In this document: in pieces, positions 42,813 through 56,456 of the stretch
Layout of the letters: the number at the start of each line of letters is the position of its first letter
How positions within the stretch are numbered: position 1 is the stretch's first letter
From: the human T2T-CHM13v2.0 reference genome, Homo sapiens
DNA length: 64,000 nt
Reading direction: 5' to 3' (one strand)
Assembly: GCF_009914755.1 (NCBI RefSeq)
Contig: NC_060933.1
Position numbers and translations under genes: made by a program
Notes under the pieces: model-generated
What the model was told of the DNA's origin: nothing
What the model saw: only the letters and a program-made list of their open reading frames with translations
The model's database searches: none

Positions 42813-43570
42813 CCACAACCCTTGCAACAATAAACAGAATTTCTCTTTGAACTTCTCCTGCCCTCCTTTCACCTGCCTGAGGCAGGACTCTGTGGGTCAT
42901 GAAATCCTCATTCCAAAGAGGGTCCTGCCCCATACCCTGGAGGAAGGAAGGCTGCACAGAGAGGCCAAGTAAAATCTGAACTCACAGGGCTCGCTGGGTT
43001 TAGATCATACCCTTTTGTCCAATCACATTTTGATATAGTTGTCCATGCTTCAGTCATGCCTGTGTAAGGAAGCTCCACAAAACCCCAAAAGGGCAGAGTT
43101 GAGGGAGCTTATGCAGAGCTGAACCCTTGGAGGTTCCTGGAGGGTGGAGCTGGGGAGGGCATGGAAGCTCTGTGCCCCTTTCGCCTATACCTCATCCTAT
43201 GCATCTCTTCGTCTGTATCCTTTGTAATAACTTGCATAGTACATGGATATATGGAAGTGGTTCCCTAAGCTCTGTGAGCTGCTTCAGCAAATTAATCAAA
43301 CCCAAAGAGGGGATGGTGGGAACCCCAGCCTGAAGTCTGTTGGTCAGATCTGGAGGCCTGGAATCACAACTGTTGTCTGAAGGGGGGCAGTCTTGGGGAC
43401 TGAGCCCTCAGTCTGTGGAATCTGCCACTGTCAGAACAGAATTGGACAACACCCAGCTACTTGGTGGGGAACCCCTGCCCACATTAGTCACAGAAGTATT
43501 CTGTGTTGATTTTTTGTTGTGTTGGTGTGAGGGCAGAGGAAAAGCATGGTTTGAGGGGTTTCCAAAAACA
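42813..43570 (+). mobile_element. MER21A-like LTR (5' end unclear)
   Basis: GAGGGTCCTGCCCCATACCCTGG; GGAGGTTCCTGGAGGGTGG; CAGCAAATTAATCAAACCCAAAGAGG; GGCAGTCTTGGGGACTGAGCCCTCA. Confidence 0.82.
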
Positions 43571-43580
43571 AATGTATACT

Positions 43581-44480
43581 AATCTATCCATTCCTTCAGC
43601 AGATATTGATTGGGTAGCTATTTTATACCTAACACTCTTGTAAGTCTCTCATGGCTGTGATTAAAACAGACTTTGTTCTCATAGAATTTACCCGCTATTA
43701 GAGGGAAATAGAAAATAAAAATATATAGTTTATAGGTACCCAAACAAAAATAAAGGAGGGTAAGGGGATGGAGGACAGAAAAGCACTTCTCAAAATGTCC
43801 CATGTGAGCAAGGACATGACACGGAGCTGTCTCGGGGTACGATGCTTCAGCGGGAGGAAACAGTAAGAGGAGGGCTGCAGGTTCCTGTCCAAAGCCAGCG
43901 AGCTGGAGGCAGGGATGGGGGAGATGGCACCAGAGAGGTGTCCATGCCCAGGGTAGCAGGAAGCCAGCGAGCAGGAAGCAAGGAGGGGGAAGATGGCATC
44001 AGAGGGGAATCCAGGCCCAGGTCAGAAGGAAGGTCCTTACGGATCATGGGTCAGGTTTGAACATCATTCTGAGAAAAAAGAAACGCTTCCATAGTCGGCA
44101 GAAGAGTGGCATAACCAGGCTTACATTTCTAAATGTCACTCCCACAGGTCGTAAGAAGCAACCCAAATCTTGGCTGTATACACTTGGGAGTGTATTTTGA
44201 AGATCAAGCCAGCATGTTTTGTGAATGAACTCGAAGTGGGGTGGAGGAGAAAAGAAGAGTCAATGACAGCTGCAAGGTTCGGATGCCAGGAGGTGAGATG
44301 AGGAGCAACAGCCATAGAGGAGGAAGGTGATGGGAGGCTGAGGGTGGGAGGAGTGGTGCAGAAAAACAACTTTTAGTTTGAGTCACCCTTTGAATTTCCG
44401 GGTGGAGATGGTGAATAGCAAGTAGGAGTATGAGTTGACAGGAGAGATCAGAACAGGAGGAATATGTGTGAAAGTCATGA
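43581..44480 (-). mobile_element. L2 fragment (3' part)
   Basis: CATTCCTTCAGCAGATATTGATTG terminus; TTTTGAAGATCAAGCCAGCATG; GAAAAAAGAAGAGTCAATGAC-type L2 motifs. Confidence 0.6.
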
Positions 44481-44714
44481 GTGTCTGCTGCTACAAGATA
44501 CTTCCAGTGCATCCTAAATCTAACCTCTTCTTACCCCTCCAGCTGCTACCAGCCTGCACTGAGCAGCCCTTCTGTCCTACGTGGCTTTCTGTAATAGATT
44601 TATACCATGTCTCTTTGCTTCTAAATTTGCCGCTCTACATTCTATGTACATAAAACAGCCAGAATCATATATTGCTGTCTGATTCACCGTCCTGACTTAG
44701 CTTCCTATCATCCC

Positions 44715-45168
44715 TCAAATTCATATGGAACAAGAAAATACCCTAAATAGCCAAACCGACCTTGAGAAAGAAGAACAAAGCTGGAGATCTCACACTTCCT
44801 GATTTCAGAATATATTACAAAGCTACAGTAATTAAAACATTATAGTACTGGCATAAAGACATACATATAGACCAATGGAACAGAACTAAAAGCCTAGAAA
44901 TAAACCAATGTATATACAATCAGCTAAACTTGAAGGAGGGGGCCAAGAACACACAATGGGGAAAGGACAGTCTCTTCAACGCATGGCATTGGGAAAACTG
45001 AATATCCACATACAGAAGAATGAAATTAGACCACTATCTCATACCACACACAAAATTCTATTCAAACTGGATTAAAGACTTAAATGTAAGATCTAAAACT
45101 ATAAGACTTCTACAGGAAAACACAGTGGAAAAGCTTCTTGACATTGTTCTGAACAATTAGTTCTTGTG
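44715..45168 (+). mobile_element. L1M(A/B) ORF2 fragment
   Basis: TTGAGAAAGAAGAACAAAGCTGGAG...CACACTTCCTGATTTC; TGGATTAAAGACTTAAATGTAAGA. Confidence 0.85.
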
Positions 45169-45304
45169 TATTCTTCACTCAGGCCTTAATGAGCTCTGGC
45201 CCAGACTACTCTCCACATTCATTTCCAATTCTCTGCTACTCATTTGTCCAGTTCCAATTTAGTGAACTCCTATCTTTTAATTGAAAACATCAATAAAAAT
45301 CTAA

Positions 45305-46295
45305 TCTCAGGATGAGAATGTGGAGAAATTGGAACACTTATACATTGTTGATGAAGATATAAAATTGTGTAGCCACTGGGAGAAACAACTTCATTATTTC
45401 CCAAAAGTTAAACATAGAATTACCATATGATTTTGGTATATATTGAGGAGCAATTCCACTCCTCAATATATACCCAAAAGAACTGAAAATGGGAACTTGA
45501 GTAAGTACATGTACCCACATGTTCACAGCACATTATTTACAATAGCCATAAGGTGAAACAATGCAAATGTCCATCAATAAATGAATGGATAAACAAATTA
45601 TAGCATATCCATACAATAGAATATTATTTAGCCATAAAAAAGGACTGACAAACTGATAAGTGCTACAATGTGGATGAACCTCCAAAACATTGTGCTAAAT
45701 TAGAGGAGCCAAACACAAAAAGTGTATGATTCCATTTAATGAAATATCCAGAATAGATAAATCCATAGAGACAGAAAGCAGATTGGTGGTTGCCAGTGGC
45801 TGGGGTACTGAAGAAAATCTGTGTAATGAGCAAGAGGCTTTATTTGGAATGATGAAAATTATTTGGAATTAGACAGAGGTGGTGGTGACATAATACTGTG
45901 AATTTAATAAATGACAGTGAAATTTTTCCTTTAAAATGATTATTTTGTCTGGGTGCGGTGGCTCATGCCCATATTCCCAGCACCTTGGGAGGCCGAGGCA
46001 GGCAGACCACAAGGTCAGAGGTTCAAGACCAGCCTGGCCAATATGGTGAAACCCCGTCTCTGCTAAAAATAAAAAAATTAACTGGGTGTGGTGGCGTGGC
46101 TGTAGTCCCAGCCACTCGGGAGGCTGAGTCAGGAGAATCACTTGAACCTGGGCGGCGGAAGTTGCAGTAAACCGAGATCCATCACTGGACTCCAACCTAG
46201 GCAACAGAGCAAGACTCCATCTCAAAAAAACAAACAAAAAAAAAAACAAAAAAAAAACAAACTTTTACATTATGTGAATATTACCTCAATAAATT
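45305..46295 (+). mobile_element. L1MB 3' region (contains an Alu)
   Basis: GCAATTCCACTCC; AAATGTCCATCAATAAATGAATGGATAAAC; GACAGAAAGCAGATTGGTGGTTGCCAG; ends TACCTCAATAAA. Confidence 0.85.
45947..46261 (+). mobile_element. AluS (Sg-like)
   Basis: Dimeric body with A/C-rich tail. Confidence 0.93.
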
Positions 46296-46580
46296 ATAAT
46301 TAATGTAAGCTTGAGGCATCATCATTTGCTGTTCCTTCTACCTGGGCCACTCTTAGTCTGCCAGCCAAATGGCCTGTGGTCTCACTTTATTGAGCTTTCA
46401 GCCTAGGTATCATCTGTTTAGAGGATTTCTCTGACTTCTAAATATAGCATCCCTTTTCACTCTCTTTCTCTTTACCTTACTTTATTTTTCCTAATCATAA
46501 TTCAATATTATATGTATGCATATGTAAATGTATGTGTGTATGTGTATGTATATGCTTTATCATAGATTTATATCTTTATT

Positions 46581-46770
46581 CTGCTACTATTTACTATGTG
46601 GCTATGTGGCCTCGGGTAAGTCACTTGAACTTCTTTAATCCTCAGTTAATGCAAATGGAGATGTTAAAATCATCCATGTAGTTTTGTTATCAGAATTTAG
46701 TGAAATAAGGCATATAAAATGATAGAGTGTCTGGGACTATAGTAGGTGCTCAATAAATTAGGTTATTAGC
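46581..46770 (+). mobile_element. MIR SINE
   Basis: TGTGGCCTCGGGTAAGTCACTT...CCTCAGTT core; TAGTAGGTGCTCAATAAA end. Confidence 0.75.
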
Positions 46771-47403
46771 TTCAGCTTTTAAAGAGTAGGCCTATGAGCA
46801 GGGGCAGTGACAGGGAGAGAGAAGGTGCCTGAGCGAGTTAATAGTCATGTTATTTACTGAACCTAAGAGCAGAATGATTCTGTGGACTCTTAATGGAGAA
46901 TATTCCACAAACTTTCTTTGCTTTATCCCATTGATCCTTTTTAATTCAGCGTATTTCCTATTTTTTTTTGAAGAAATTGATTTGTTAAAGAAACTGAGTC
47001 AAGTAGCGGGACATATCACACTTTCCTCGGGTGCACATCAGTTCAGGTTTTTAAAATCAATGATAAACAGAGTCCTTTATTATATTATAAATCAAAGAAC
47101 AACCCAGCTTTTCTGAATCTGACAGTGACAAATTAGACATATACTTTACTGCCAAAGCTAAATCAGTCATTTCTCAGATAATGCTAAAAAGTAAACTTAG
47201 TCAGATCCAATGGCTTTTACTGTAGTTTTAGGCTGTTGCACTAGTTAACTAACATGTATTCAATAGCAGTAGCAAAACAAATAATTTAATACATCATTAT
47301 CAGTGATTTAATAATATCAAATATTATTATCTGGGAATCACAAGCCTATTTTCGAAAGGAACAATATATCTGAAGGGAATGTGAACTGTGTGACACTAAC
47401 AGC

Positions 47404-47570
47404 TTCTCTTCTTTGATCTCTATATTTTCTCTCTCTCCCTCCTTCCCTCCCTCCTTTCCTTCCTCTTGTTCCTTTCTCCCTTTCCTCCTCTTCCTCCACC
47501 TCCTCCTTTTTCTCTTCCTTCTCTCTCACATCATCTTCTTTTCTCCCTTAACTAGCTTTCTTTTTCTCCT
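47404..47570. repeat. CT-rich low-complexity polypyrimidine tract
   Basis: Almost only C/T over ~160 bp. Confidence 0.85.
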
Positions 47571-48384
47571 GTTGAGTTAGGGGAAAATGAAAGTGGTTGG
47601 GATTGTCTCATTGCCCTGGTTTATTTAAACACATAGATGTCTTGTTAGAGAAAGCTTTGACTTTCCCAAAGGTTCATTTCCTTAGGCTTACTCTGGGCTT
47701 TCTGCAGGTGGATTCCAATTCACTGACTTCACACATATGTGCACACACATGAACACATATCAGCATAGGAACATTAAGATTCAGTTGCACTAATTTGAGA
47801 GGAAACATTTCTTCTTAAGGCAAATCTATTGACACGCTAAGGAGTGGTGTCACTTGTCATAAAGCATGCTTTTTGTTTCCCTCACAGTCCAGTTGATCAC
47901 TTATATGCTCTAGGAAGAAGCAGTAGGAACTATAAACATAGGTTTATAGATATGTTTATCTTCTAGCTATCTTTATCCTCAGAGAGATGATTCCCAAAGT
48001 CTGGACCAAAGTATGGACCAAAACTATGGTGGGGCTATAGAGTACCTAACAGCTGTCCTCACAACCAAGTATGCACCAGCCATTATTGATACATGAAATA
48101 ATGCTGTCTACCACATATATATAAGATTGAAGTATATCAGATTGCTAATATTCCATTCCTGTCCTATATAGATAGTAGTTTCATATGGTTTATCCTAACT
48201 CTAATGACACTCTTATACATATGCATTTATATAAATATATTATTTTTCAAATATATGAAAAAGCTATTGTGATTACATAAATGTACGTAATACCTCATTG
48301 AATTTATTGTTGCTTTTTAAAATCTTTATTGCTAGAGCAATTGAGTTAAAAGGGGACTAATCGAAGAGGGGTGATGGGGCAGGA

Positions 48385-48590
48385 TGTTTTATCTTCCTAT
48401 TGGTGCTGTAACAAATTATCACAAACTCAGTGGCTTAAAATGAAATAAATTTATTATATTTCTTATCGGTCAAGGTGTCAGCAGGGCTTTTGGAGATTCT
48501 AGGGCAGAAATGATTTTCACGCCTTTTCCTACTTCTAGGGTCCTCCTGTATTCCTGGGCTTGGGCCTCTTCCATATTCAAAGCCTCTCAA
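48385..48590 (-). mobile_element. MLT1 (D/E-like) LTR fragment
   Basis: GCTGTAACAAATTATCACAAACTCAGTGGCTTAAAA; CAAGGTGTCAGCAGGGC. Confidence 0.7.
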
Positions 48591-48617
48591 GTTCAATTCT
48601 TACTTTTGTTTCATTTT

Positions 48618-48996
48618 GCTTTATCTACATGGTAAAACCTTGGTCTCTACAACCTTTATTTTAACCCAGATATTCCTTTCTATTGATTCCAGGTCTTTAG
48701 ATGAACTTTTTCAGCCAATTGCCAACCAGAAAATTTTTGAATCTACCTATGATCTGGAAACCCTTCTCCCCGCTTCAAGTTGTCTTGCCTTTCTGAGCAG
48801 AATCAATGTGCATCTCACTTGTATTGACTGATGTCTTATGTCTCGCTAAAATGTATAAACAAAACTGTAGCCCAATTACCTTGGGTACGTGTTCTCATGA
48901 TCTCCTAGAGCTGTGTCACAGGCTATTGGTCCCTTATATTTGGCTCAGAAGAATTCTCTTCAAATATTTTTCAGAGTTTGACCCTTTTCATCTACA
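48618..48996 (+). mobile_element. MER4 (D/E-like) LTR, 3' part
   Basis: AAAACCTTGGTCTCTACAACC; ATTTGGCTCAGAA; CAGAGTTTGACCCTTTTCATCTACA. Confidence 0.8.
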
Positions 48997-49798
48997 GTCT
49001 TAAAAGGCAAGCATTAGTGGCTGCGCAGAGCTGAGAAGATGACCCAGAAAGGCTCCCCATGCACCAGGAGTCAGAGACTCTGGATGGCTTTAGATGAGCC
49101 ACCCAAGCACTGGGTCATAGCACACTTTCCCCGGGTACACATCAGCTCAGGTGTAAATATAGCAATGCAGATAGCGAGAGTGGTATGAAGCTGCCAATTT
49201 GCAAATGAGACTCTGAAGACAGACATGGGGACATCTCGGCATCTGTGCCTTGGAGGTAAATGAAAAGCTGAATGTCTGAAATCCCCTTGCATTTGGGAAC
49301 ACCGGCACTGGGAGGGGGCAGGAGGCTGAACCACTGAAGACTGCGTTGTCACTGTGGTCATGGGTAGGCTTCTCACAATTTCTAGGTTGCGGTCTTGGAA
49401 ATAGCTGAGGTGACAAGGATGTAAGGACATAAAAGTGATTTGTGTCATCAGATTTGAGGCTGAGCTTCCACTGGAATATCTGTTAAATAGGAACAAAAAT
49501 GCATGCATGCACAATTGTGATGAGTAATAAATGAGAAGACTGAGGTGAGGCAGGGTCTCATACCAGCAACTTGCAGGACAAATGCAGCCTGCACAGTGGA
49601 TTTGGCTTGGAAGGTGAGATAAACATTCATTTTCAAGAAACACTATGGTCCCCAGGAGGCAGTACCCCATCTAGGACCCTCAGTTTTGTTTGTTGGATAT
49701 GTCTAAACATCTGATATAAGAACCTTGATGAATTGACAGGCTCATTCAGCAAGTCATGGCCATGGTGTGAAGGGAGGTAATGAGAGAGTGTAAAATGA

Positions 49799-50105
<307 letters not shown>

Positions 50106-50404
50106 CAAGGAAGACTATTTCTTGCTAAAAATGATGTTCAATTTTTGTATCCAATCCGAATACATCTGGACAAATGTATATAGTTGTTACATGCTTTATA
50201 TTTTGTCCATATTAGCCTATTATTAGTAAAAATGATCGGTTTAACTCTCAATTTAGGAACTTCTGCCTTTCTGAATCAGCAGTTTCTCCCCCTTAAACCT
50301 AAATCTAAAAATATTGGTCACTGCATGTGAGTGAACTAATACACAGGAAAAGTTGAGACAGGCGAGCACCCAGATTTTTCTTTAAATAAAACCATCACGC
50401 TTTG

Positions 50405-50500
50405 AGTTAGCCATGAGTTGATAACTGTTGAAGCTGGGTGATGTGTACATGGCAGCTCATTACATTCTGCTTTTGTGTGTGTGATTTCCATAATAAAATA
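50405..50500 (+). mobile_element. L1MC 3' end fragment
   Basis: TTGATAACTGTTGAAGCTGGGTGATG...TTTCCATAATAAAA. Confidence 0.65.
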
Positions 50501-50880
50501 ATATGTGTCCTTTATTCTGCAAGATGGTGCACCTGGCACAATGAAGACCATGCACACCTACAGCTGAGACTTCAACATCAGACCGGCTTTTCTGGAAGCA
50601 AAGTCTATCTGTGAACTGGAACCTAAACCACATTTCAGAAATGTCACTGCTGGTGACTTTGAGAACTCATATGAACACAAAGTCATTGCCTCCAAAATAA
50701 CTCTCTTCCATCTTTTGTGGTAATATTTGTCCTTCTGCGAACTGTTCATTTCAGAGACTCTTATCTCTTCTACATTGAGGAAGTCATAAATGATGCCTGT
50801 CCCTTCCATTGTTGATAAGACAGTTGACGAGAATGTGTGCAGGTACCTGGTTGTTGGATACTCATTAAGAGATAACTACT

Positions 50881-52382
50881 TGACTCCAATCTACACTATA
50901 AGGTCACAGTAACCAAAACAGCATGGTACTGGTAGAAAAACAGACACATAGACAAAAAGAACAGAATAGAGAACTCAGAAATAAGAGTGCACACCTACAA
51001 CCATCTGATCTTCAACAAACCTGACAAAAACAAGCAATGGGGAAAGGATTCCCTATTTAATAAATGGTACTGGGAGAACTGGCAGCCATATGCAGAAAAT
51101 TGAAACTGGATCCCTTCCTTATACCTTATACAAAACTTAACTCAAGATGGATTAAAGACTTAAATGTAAAACCCGAAACTATAAGAACTCTAAAAGAAAA
51201 TCTAGACAATACCATTCAGGACATAGGCACAGGCAAAGATTTTGTGACAAAGCACCAAAAGAAATTGCAACAAAAGCAAAAATTGACCAATGGGATCTAA
51301 CTAAACCAAAGAGCTTCTGCACAGCAAAAGAAACGACCATCAGAGTGAACAGACAACCTACAGAATGGAAGAACATTTTTGCAATCTATCCATCTGACAA
51401 AGGCCTAATATCCAGAGCCTACAAGGAATTTAAATTCACAAGAAAAAAACAAACAACCTCATTAAAAAGTGGGCAAAGGACATGAACAGACACTTCTCAA
51501 AATAAGACATTCATGTAGCCAACAAACATAAGAAAAAAGCTCAACATCACTGATCATTAGAGAAATGCAAATCAAAACCACAATGAGATACCATCTCATG
51601 CCAGTAAGAACGGCAATTATTAAAAAATTCGAGAAACAGCAGATGCTGGCAAGGTTGCAGAAAAAAAGGAACACATCTACACCGTTGGTGGGAATGTAAA
51701 TTAGTTCAACAATCGTGGAAGACAGTGTGGCAATTACTCAAAGATCTAGAAGCAGAAATACCATTTGATACAACAATCCCATTATTGAGTGTATACCCAA
51801 AGGAATATAAATCATTCTGTTGTAAAGATACATGCATGTGTATGTTCATTGCAGCACTATTCACAATAGCAAAGCCATGGAATCAATCCAAATGCCCATC
51901 AACAGTAGACTGGATAAAGAAAATGTGGTACATATACACCATGGAATGCTATGCAGCCAGAAAAAGGAACAAGATTGTGTCCTTTGCAGGGACGTAGGTG
52001 GTGCTGGAAGCCATTATCCTCAGCAAACTAATGCAGGAACAGAAAACCAAACAGCACATGTTCTCACTTATAAGTGAGAGCTGAACTATGAGAACACATG
52101 GACACAGGGAGGGGAACAACACACAGTGGGGCCTGTCAGGGGGTTGGGGAGAGGGAGAGCTTTAGGAAAAACAGCTAATGCATGCTGGGCTTAATACATG
52201 GGCAATAGGTTGATCTGTGCAGCAAATTACCATGGCACACATTTACATATGAACAAACCTTTACATCCTGCACATGTACCCCAGAACTTGAAATAAAAGT
52301 TGATAAAACAAACAAACAAAAAAGAAACCTGCACATGTACCCCTGAATCTAAAATAAAAGTTGAAAAAAAGAAAAAAGAAAA
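50881..52382 (+). mobile_element. 5'-truncated LINE-1 (L1PA10-13-like), ~1.5 kb, with a doubled 3' terminus
   Basis: Frameshifted ORF2 3' remnants ([11 protein letters not shown]; IAALFTIAK...WIKKMWYIYTME); 3'UTR CAGCTAATGCATGCTGGGCTTAATAC. Confidence 0.92.
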
Positions 52383-53129
52383 TCCCATTCCAACTATAAG
52401 GCTGAAAGTCAACTGCACACATGAGAATAAAACTCAGCAAAATTCTCTGTCAGACTATTCTGTTTCCTCAATAATTTGTTCTTTTGGCCAATTGATTAAA
52501 ATATTGTAACATCCTTGAAGACAATATTTTATTATAAACTTATTGGCAATTTTATAAAGAGAGGTGACTACCAGTTCTAGAGTTCTTATCATAACATAGG
52601 CACTTGCGCCTGGCCAGCCTCCAAGTCACAACCATTTTGTGGCACTGGTGTTATTCTACTTGAGGTTGTTTTTCTGTCAATTTTCAAGACATTCTCTTGC
52701 CTGCCAGCTTCTAATCATATTGACAATATATGACAGCTTCTTGGAAGCCTATTTCTGATTAAAATGTCCTTTAAAATTCACTGGATTTGGCAACAACTTT
52801 AAACCATTGGTTATCTGATGTCCTGGACCATAGCTAGAGAAGCAGATGGTGTGGGACCCAGATGGAAGTGGATTTATTTTTCCAAGAAATACCCCTGAAC
52901 TCAATGACTTTGAGTCAGTCTTTATTTCAAACTTTATTTCTACACAGTTCATCTTTCTTATTAAAAAAAAATGGATTTCAGAATGTGTAGATACAAGGAT
53001 ATTCCAGACAGAAATAACAAAGCTTTCAATGCAATATAAATTATTGATTCAAAAGTGGAAGTCATGTTCTTTCCAGTGATTTTCTCATAGTCCAAAATCC
53101 TGGCTTTTAAAGTTAGACTTACTGGTGTT

Positions 53130-53330
53130 CATTTTTGGATTTTGAATCGCACTAGCTTTGTGACCTGAAGCAAATCACTTAAGATCTCTGAGCATCAGTT
53201 TTCTTTTAGATAATTCATATCTTTCTTGCTATTATATTATTATGCTATTATTGTATATTCCTTTCTATCCTGAGAGTTAAATAATCATCCTATGTATGGG
53301 CCTGGTTAATGTTAATAAGGCTAGTTTTCT
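53130..53330 (+). mobile_element. MIR fragment
   Basis: CTAGCTTTGTGACCTGAAGCAAATCACTTAAGATCTCTGAGCATCAGTTTTC core. Confidence 0.65.
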
Positions 53331-53531
53331 TCTTTGTTTCCCTGCAGGAATTGGCTTTCATGCTTTATTGATGTCCTTTGATTTGTCAGTATCATTCAAA
53401 CTTTTCTCTACAAGTCCTCCCACTTGCAAGATATCTCCTTGTAGGTTCATACCCACTCTCTTATTTTCCTTGTAACAAGTTTTTTGATTGAATGTGGATA
53501 ATAATTTCTGCAGTTTTTAAAGTTGCATTGA

Positions 53532-54058
<527 letters not shown>

Positions 54059-54424
54059 TAAGTTTGGTTGAGTTGAATCCATGAGGAATCTCTGGAAATG
54101 GAGACTTGGAGACATTTCCTTGGCTTCTCTAGTTCTAATCCCTTCCTAACTAGCTAGCACTAGCTTCTCAACTATTCAAGAATACAATAATACTGCCGTC
54201 TTCAGTCTGTCCTCACTCCAGCTCTTCTAGCCTATGCCTTTCAGCTATGTTTTCATATCTGCATTTGAAACTCTTCCAAACTAAGTCTTTTGAAGTTCAG
54301 AATCTGACACAGCATTTTAGTGCACATGGAACACACTGCAATCTGAAAGACCCAGCATTGCAAGCATTTATTGCATTGACCTCTGCAGTGTGCAAGAGGG
54401 AGAATTTAGCTCATTGTCAAAGCC

Positions 54425-54861
54425 TGCACGTTAATCCCCTGCAGCTTGTGTAGCAAAGCACCACAAATTGGATGACTTCCACAACAAAAATGGATTCTCT
54501 TACAATTTTGGAGGCCAGAGGTCTGAAGGCAAGGTGTCCAAAGTGTTGGTTCCTTCCAAGGCTATGAGGGACAAACTGCTCCAGGCCTCTTTCCCAGCTT
54601 CTGGTGTTTTGCTGGCCACCTTTGGTGTTCCTCGGCTTGCAAACTTCTGTCTTCATCTGCACATCTCTTGTGTGGATGTCTAAATTCTGAGTCCAAGTTC
54701 CCTTTTTATAAAGATACTGGTCATACTGGATTAAGGCCCACCCATAGGACCTCAGCTTGACTTGATCATCTGAAAAGACCATTTCTCAATAAGGTCACAT
54801 TCACAGGTGCTGGAGGTGAGAAGTTTAATATCTTTTGGGATGACAAAATTCATCCCATACT
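54425..54861 (-). mobile_element. MLT1B/C MaLR solo LTR
   Basis: GGAGGCCAGAGGTCTGAAGGCAAGGTGTC; TTCCCAGCTTCTGG; AATAAGGTCACATTCACAGG. Confidence 0.85.
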
Positions 54862-55594
54862 AGACCACTCCATTTTTGTTCTTTGCGGTCAAGAATGCTG
54901 AATTTTCTTTTCTCACTGACTAAGAAGAATGTCAATAGGCGATGTCTACAGGACTGAAACCCAAGTGCCACCTTCTCTCATCTGCACAGAGGCAGGAACA
55001 GCTGAAGTTCACTTTCACAGGTCCCTATAAATAACTCATTTCCTCAGGCACCAGGCCTCCTGCTCTCCCTAACTGGAAATTTGGTCAGAGGAAAGGGCTG
55101 CAATTTGCTAAAGTAATTACCAAAGCTGTGGATGGATAATTCAAGTTTAGATCATACCATTTGAAAATGTTAGTGTATCCTTTACATTTTGAATACCATT
55201 TATCTTCCAGCATTATTCTGAAATATATATTAAAATATTTTCTGCTGACTATATTTACTGCAATCGTTCCTCTTCAGTTGTTTCACATCTGGAAAATATG
55301 TGTGAGAATTGTTTCTTTGGGGATTCATGTATTTTTTTAAAATGTAGATGATGTAAATCCTACACAGAGTCCATGAATAAGCAACTATTTAGGAGGTGCT
55401 GGGCACAGATACCCCACAGAGATTCTCTGGAATTCACAGCTCAACCCTGCAATGTGGATAGGATGGTGCCATTTTGTAGTCTCAGAGAAACTGTGATAGG
55501 CTCATTCCCATGAAGCTGAAGGCTTGGATGCTGGGTCTTTCAGATTCCAGTGTGTTCCATGTGCTAAGAGCTGTGACTTTTCTAAGAATATAGC

Positions 55595-55815
55595 CCAGAG
55601 TGGGGTTGTCTCTGAAGTCAGCCTGCCTAGGCTTGGATCCAGGCCCCAACACTAGATAAGTGAACCTAGACAAGTGACGTAATCACTTAGTGCCTCAGTG
55701 TCTCACAACCAAATACATGGTATTTATTCGTAGGGTTGTTGTGAAAATGACATGAAATTGTGTTGATAAAACATCTAATATAGGGCCTGGCACACAAGAA
55801 GTATATGATACATAG
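55595..55815 (+). mobile_element. MIR SINE
   Basis: TCTGAAGTCAGCCTGCCTAGG...GTGCCTCAGTGTCTC...AGGGTTGTTGTGAA...GCCTGGCACACA. Confidence 0.75.
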
Positions 55816-55833
55816 TAGCATCACATATGTAAT

Positions 55834-56456
55834 TGTCAACAAAGAGTCAATCTCTGTAAAATATTTAAAGAGATTTATTCTGAGCCAAATATGAGTGACC
55901 AATGCCTGTGATACAGCCCTCAGGAGATCCTGAGAGCATGTGTTCAAGGTGCTCAGGACACAGCCTAGTTTTATACGTTTTAGGAAGACATGAGACATCT
56001 GTCAGTACATGTAAGATATACATTGGCTTGGTCTGGAAAGGCAGGAAAACTTGAAGTGTTGTCTGGGGGAAGTGCTTCTAGGTTATAGGTATATTTAAAA
56101 ATTTGCTGATTGGCAACTCATTGAAAGAGTTATTAGCAATAGAAAGGAATAAATGTCTGAATTATAATAAGGGGTTGTGGAGACCAAAGTTTTTTCATGC
56201 AGATGAAGCCTCCACGTAGCAGACTTCAGAGAGAATAGATTGTAAATGTTTCTTGTCAGACTTAAGGTCTGTGTTGATGTCAAATGGTGGTTGGCTTTTC
56301 CTGAATTCCAAAAGGGAGGAAAGAATAATGAGGCCTGCCCGAACCCCACTTCCCATTCTGGCCTGAACCAGTTTTTCAGGTTAACTTTGGAATACCCTGG
56401 CTGAAAGGAGAGGTCCATTCAGATTGTTGGCTTTAGGATTTTATTTTTGGTTCACG
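55834..56456 (-). mobile_element. MER4B-like ERV1 solo LTR
   Basis: AAGAGTCAATCTCTGTAAAATATTTAAAGAGATTTATTCTGAGCCAAAT ... TTTTATTTTTGGTTCACG; TSD TA(A/G)T. Confidence 0.87.
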
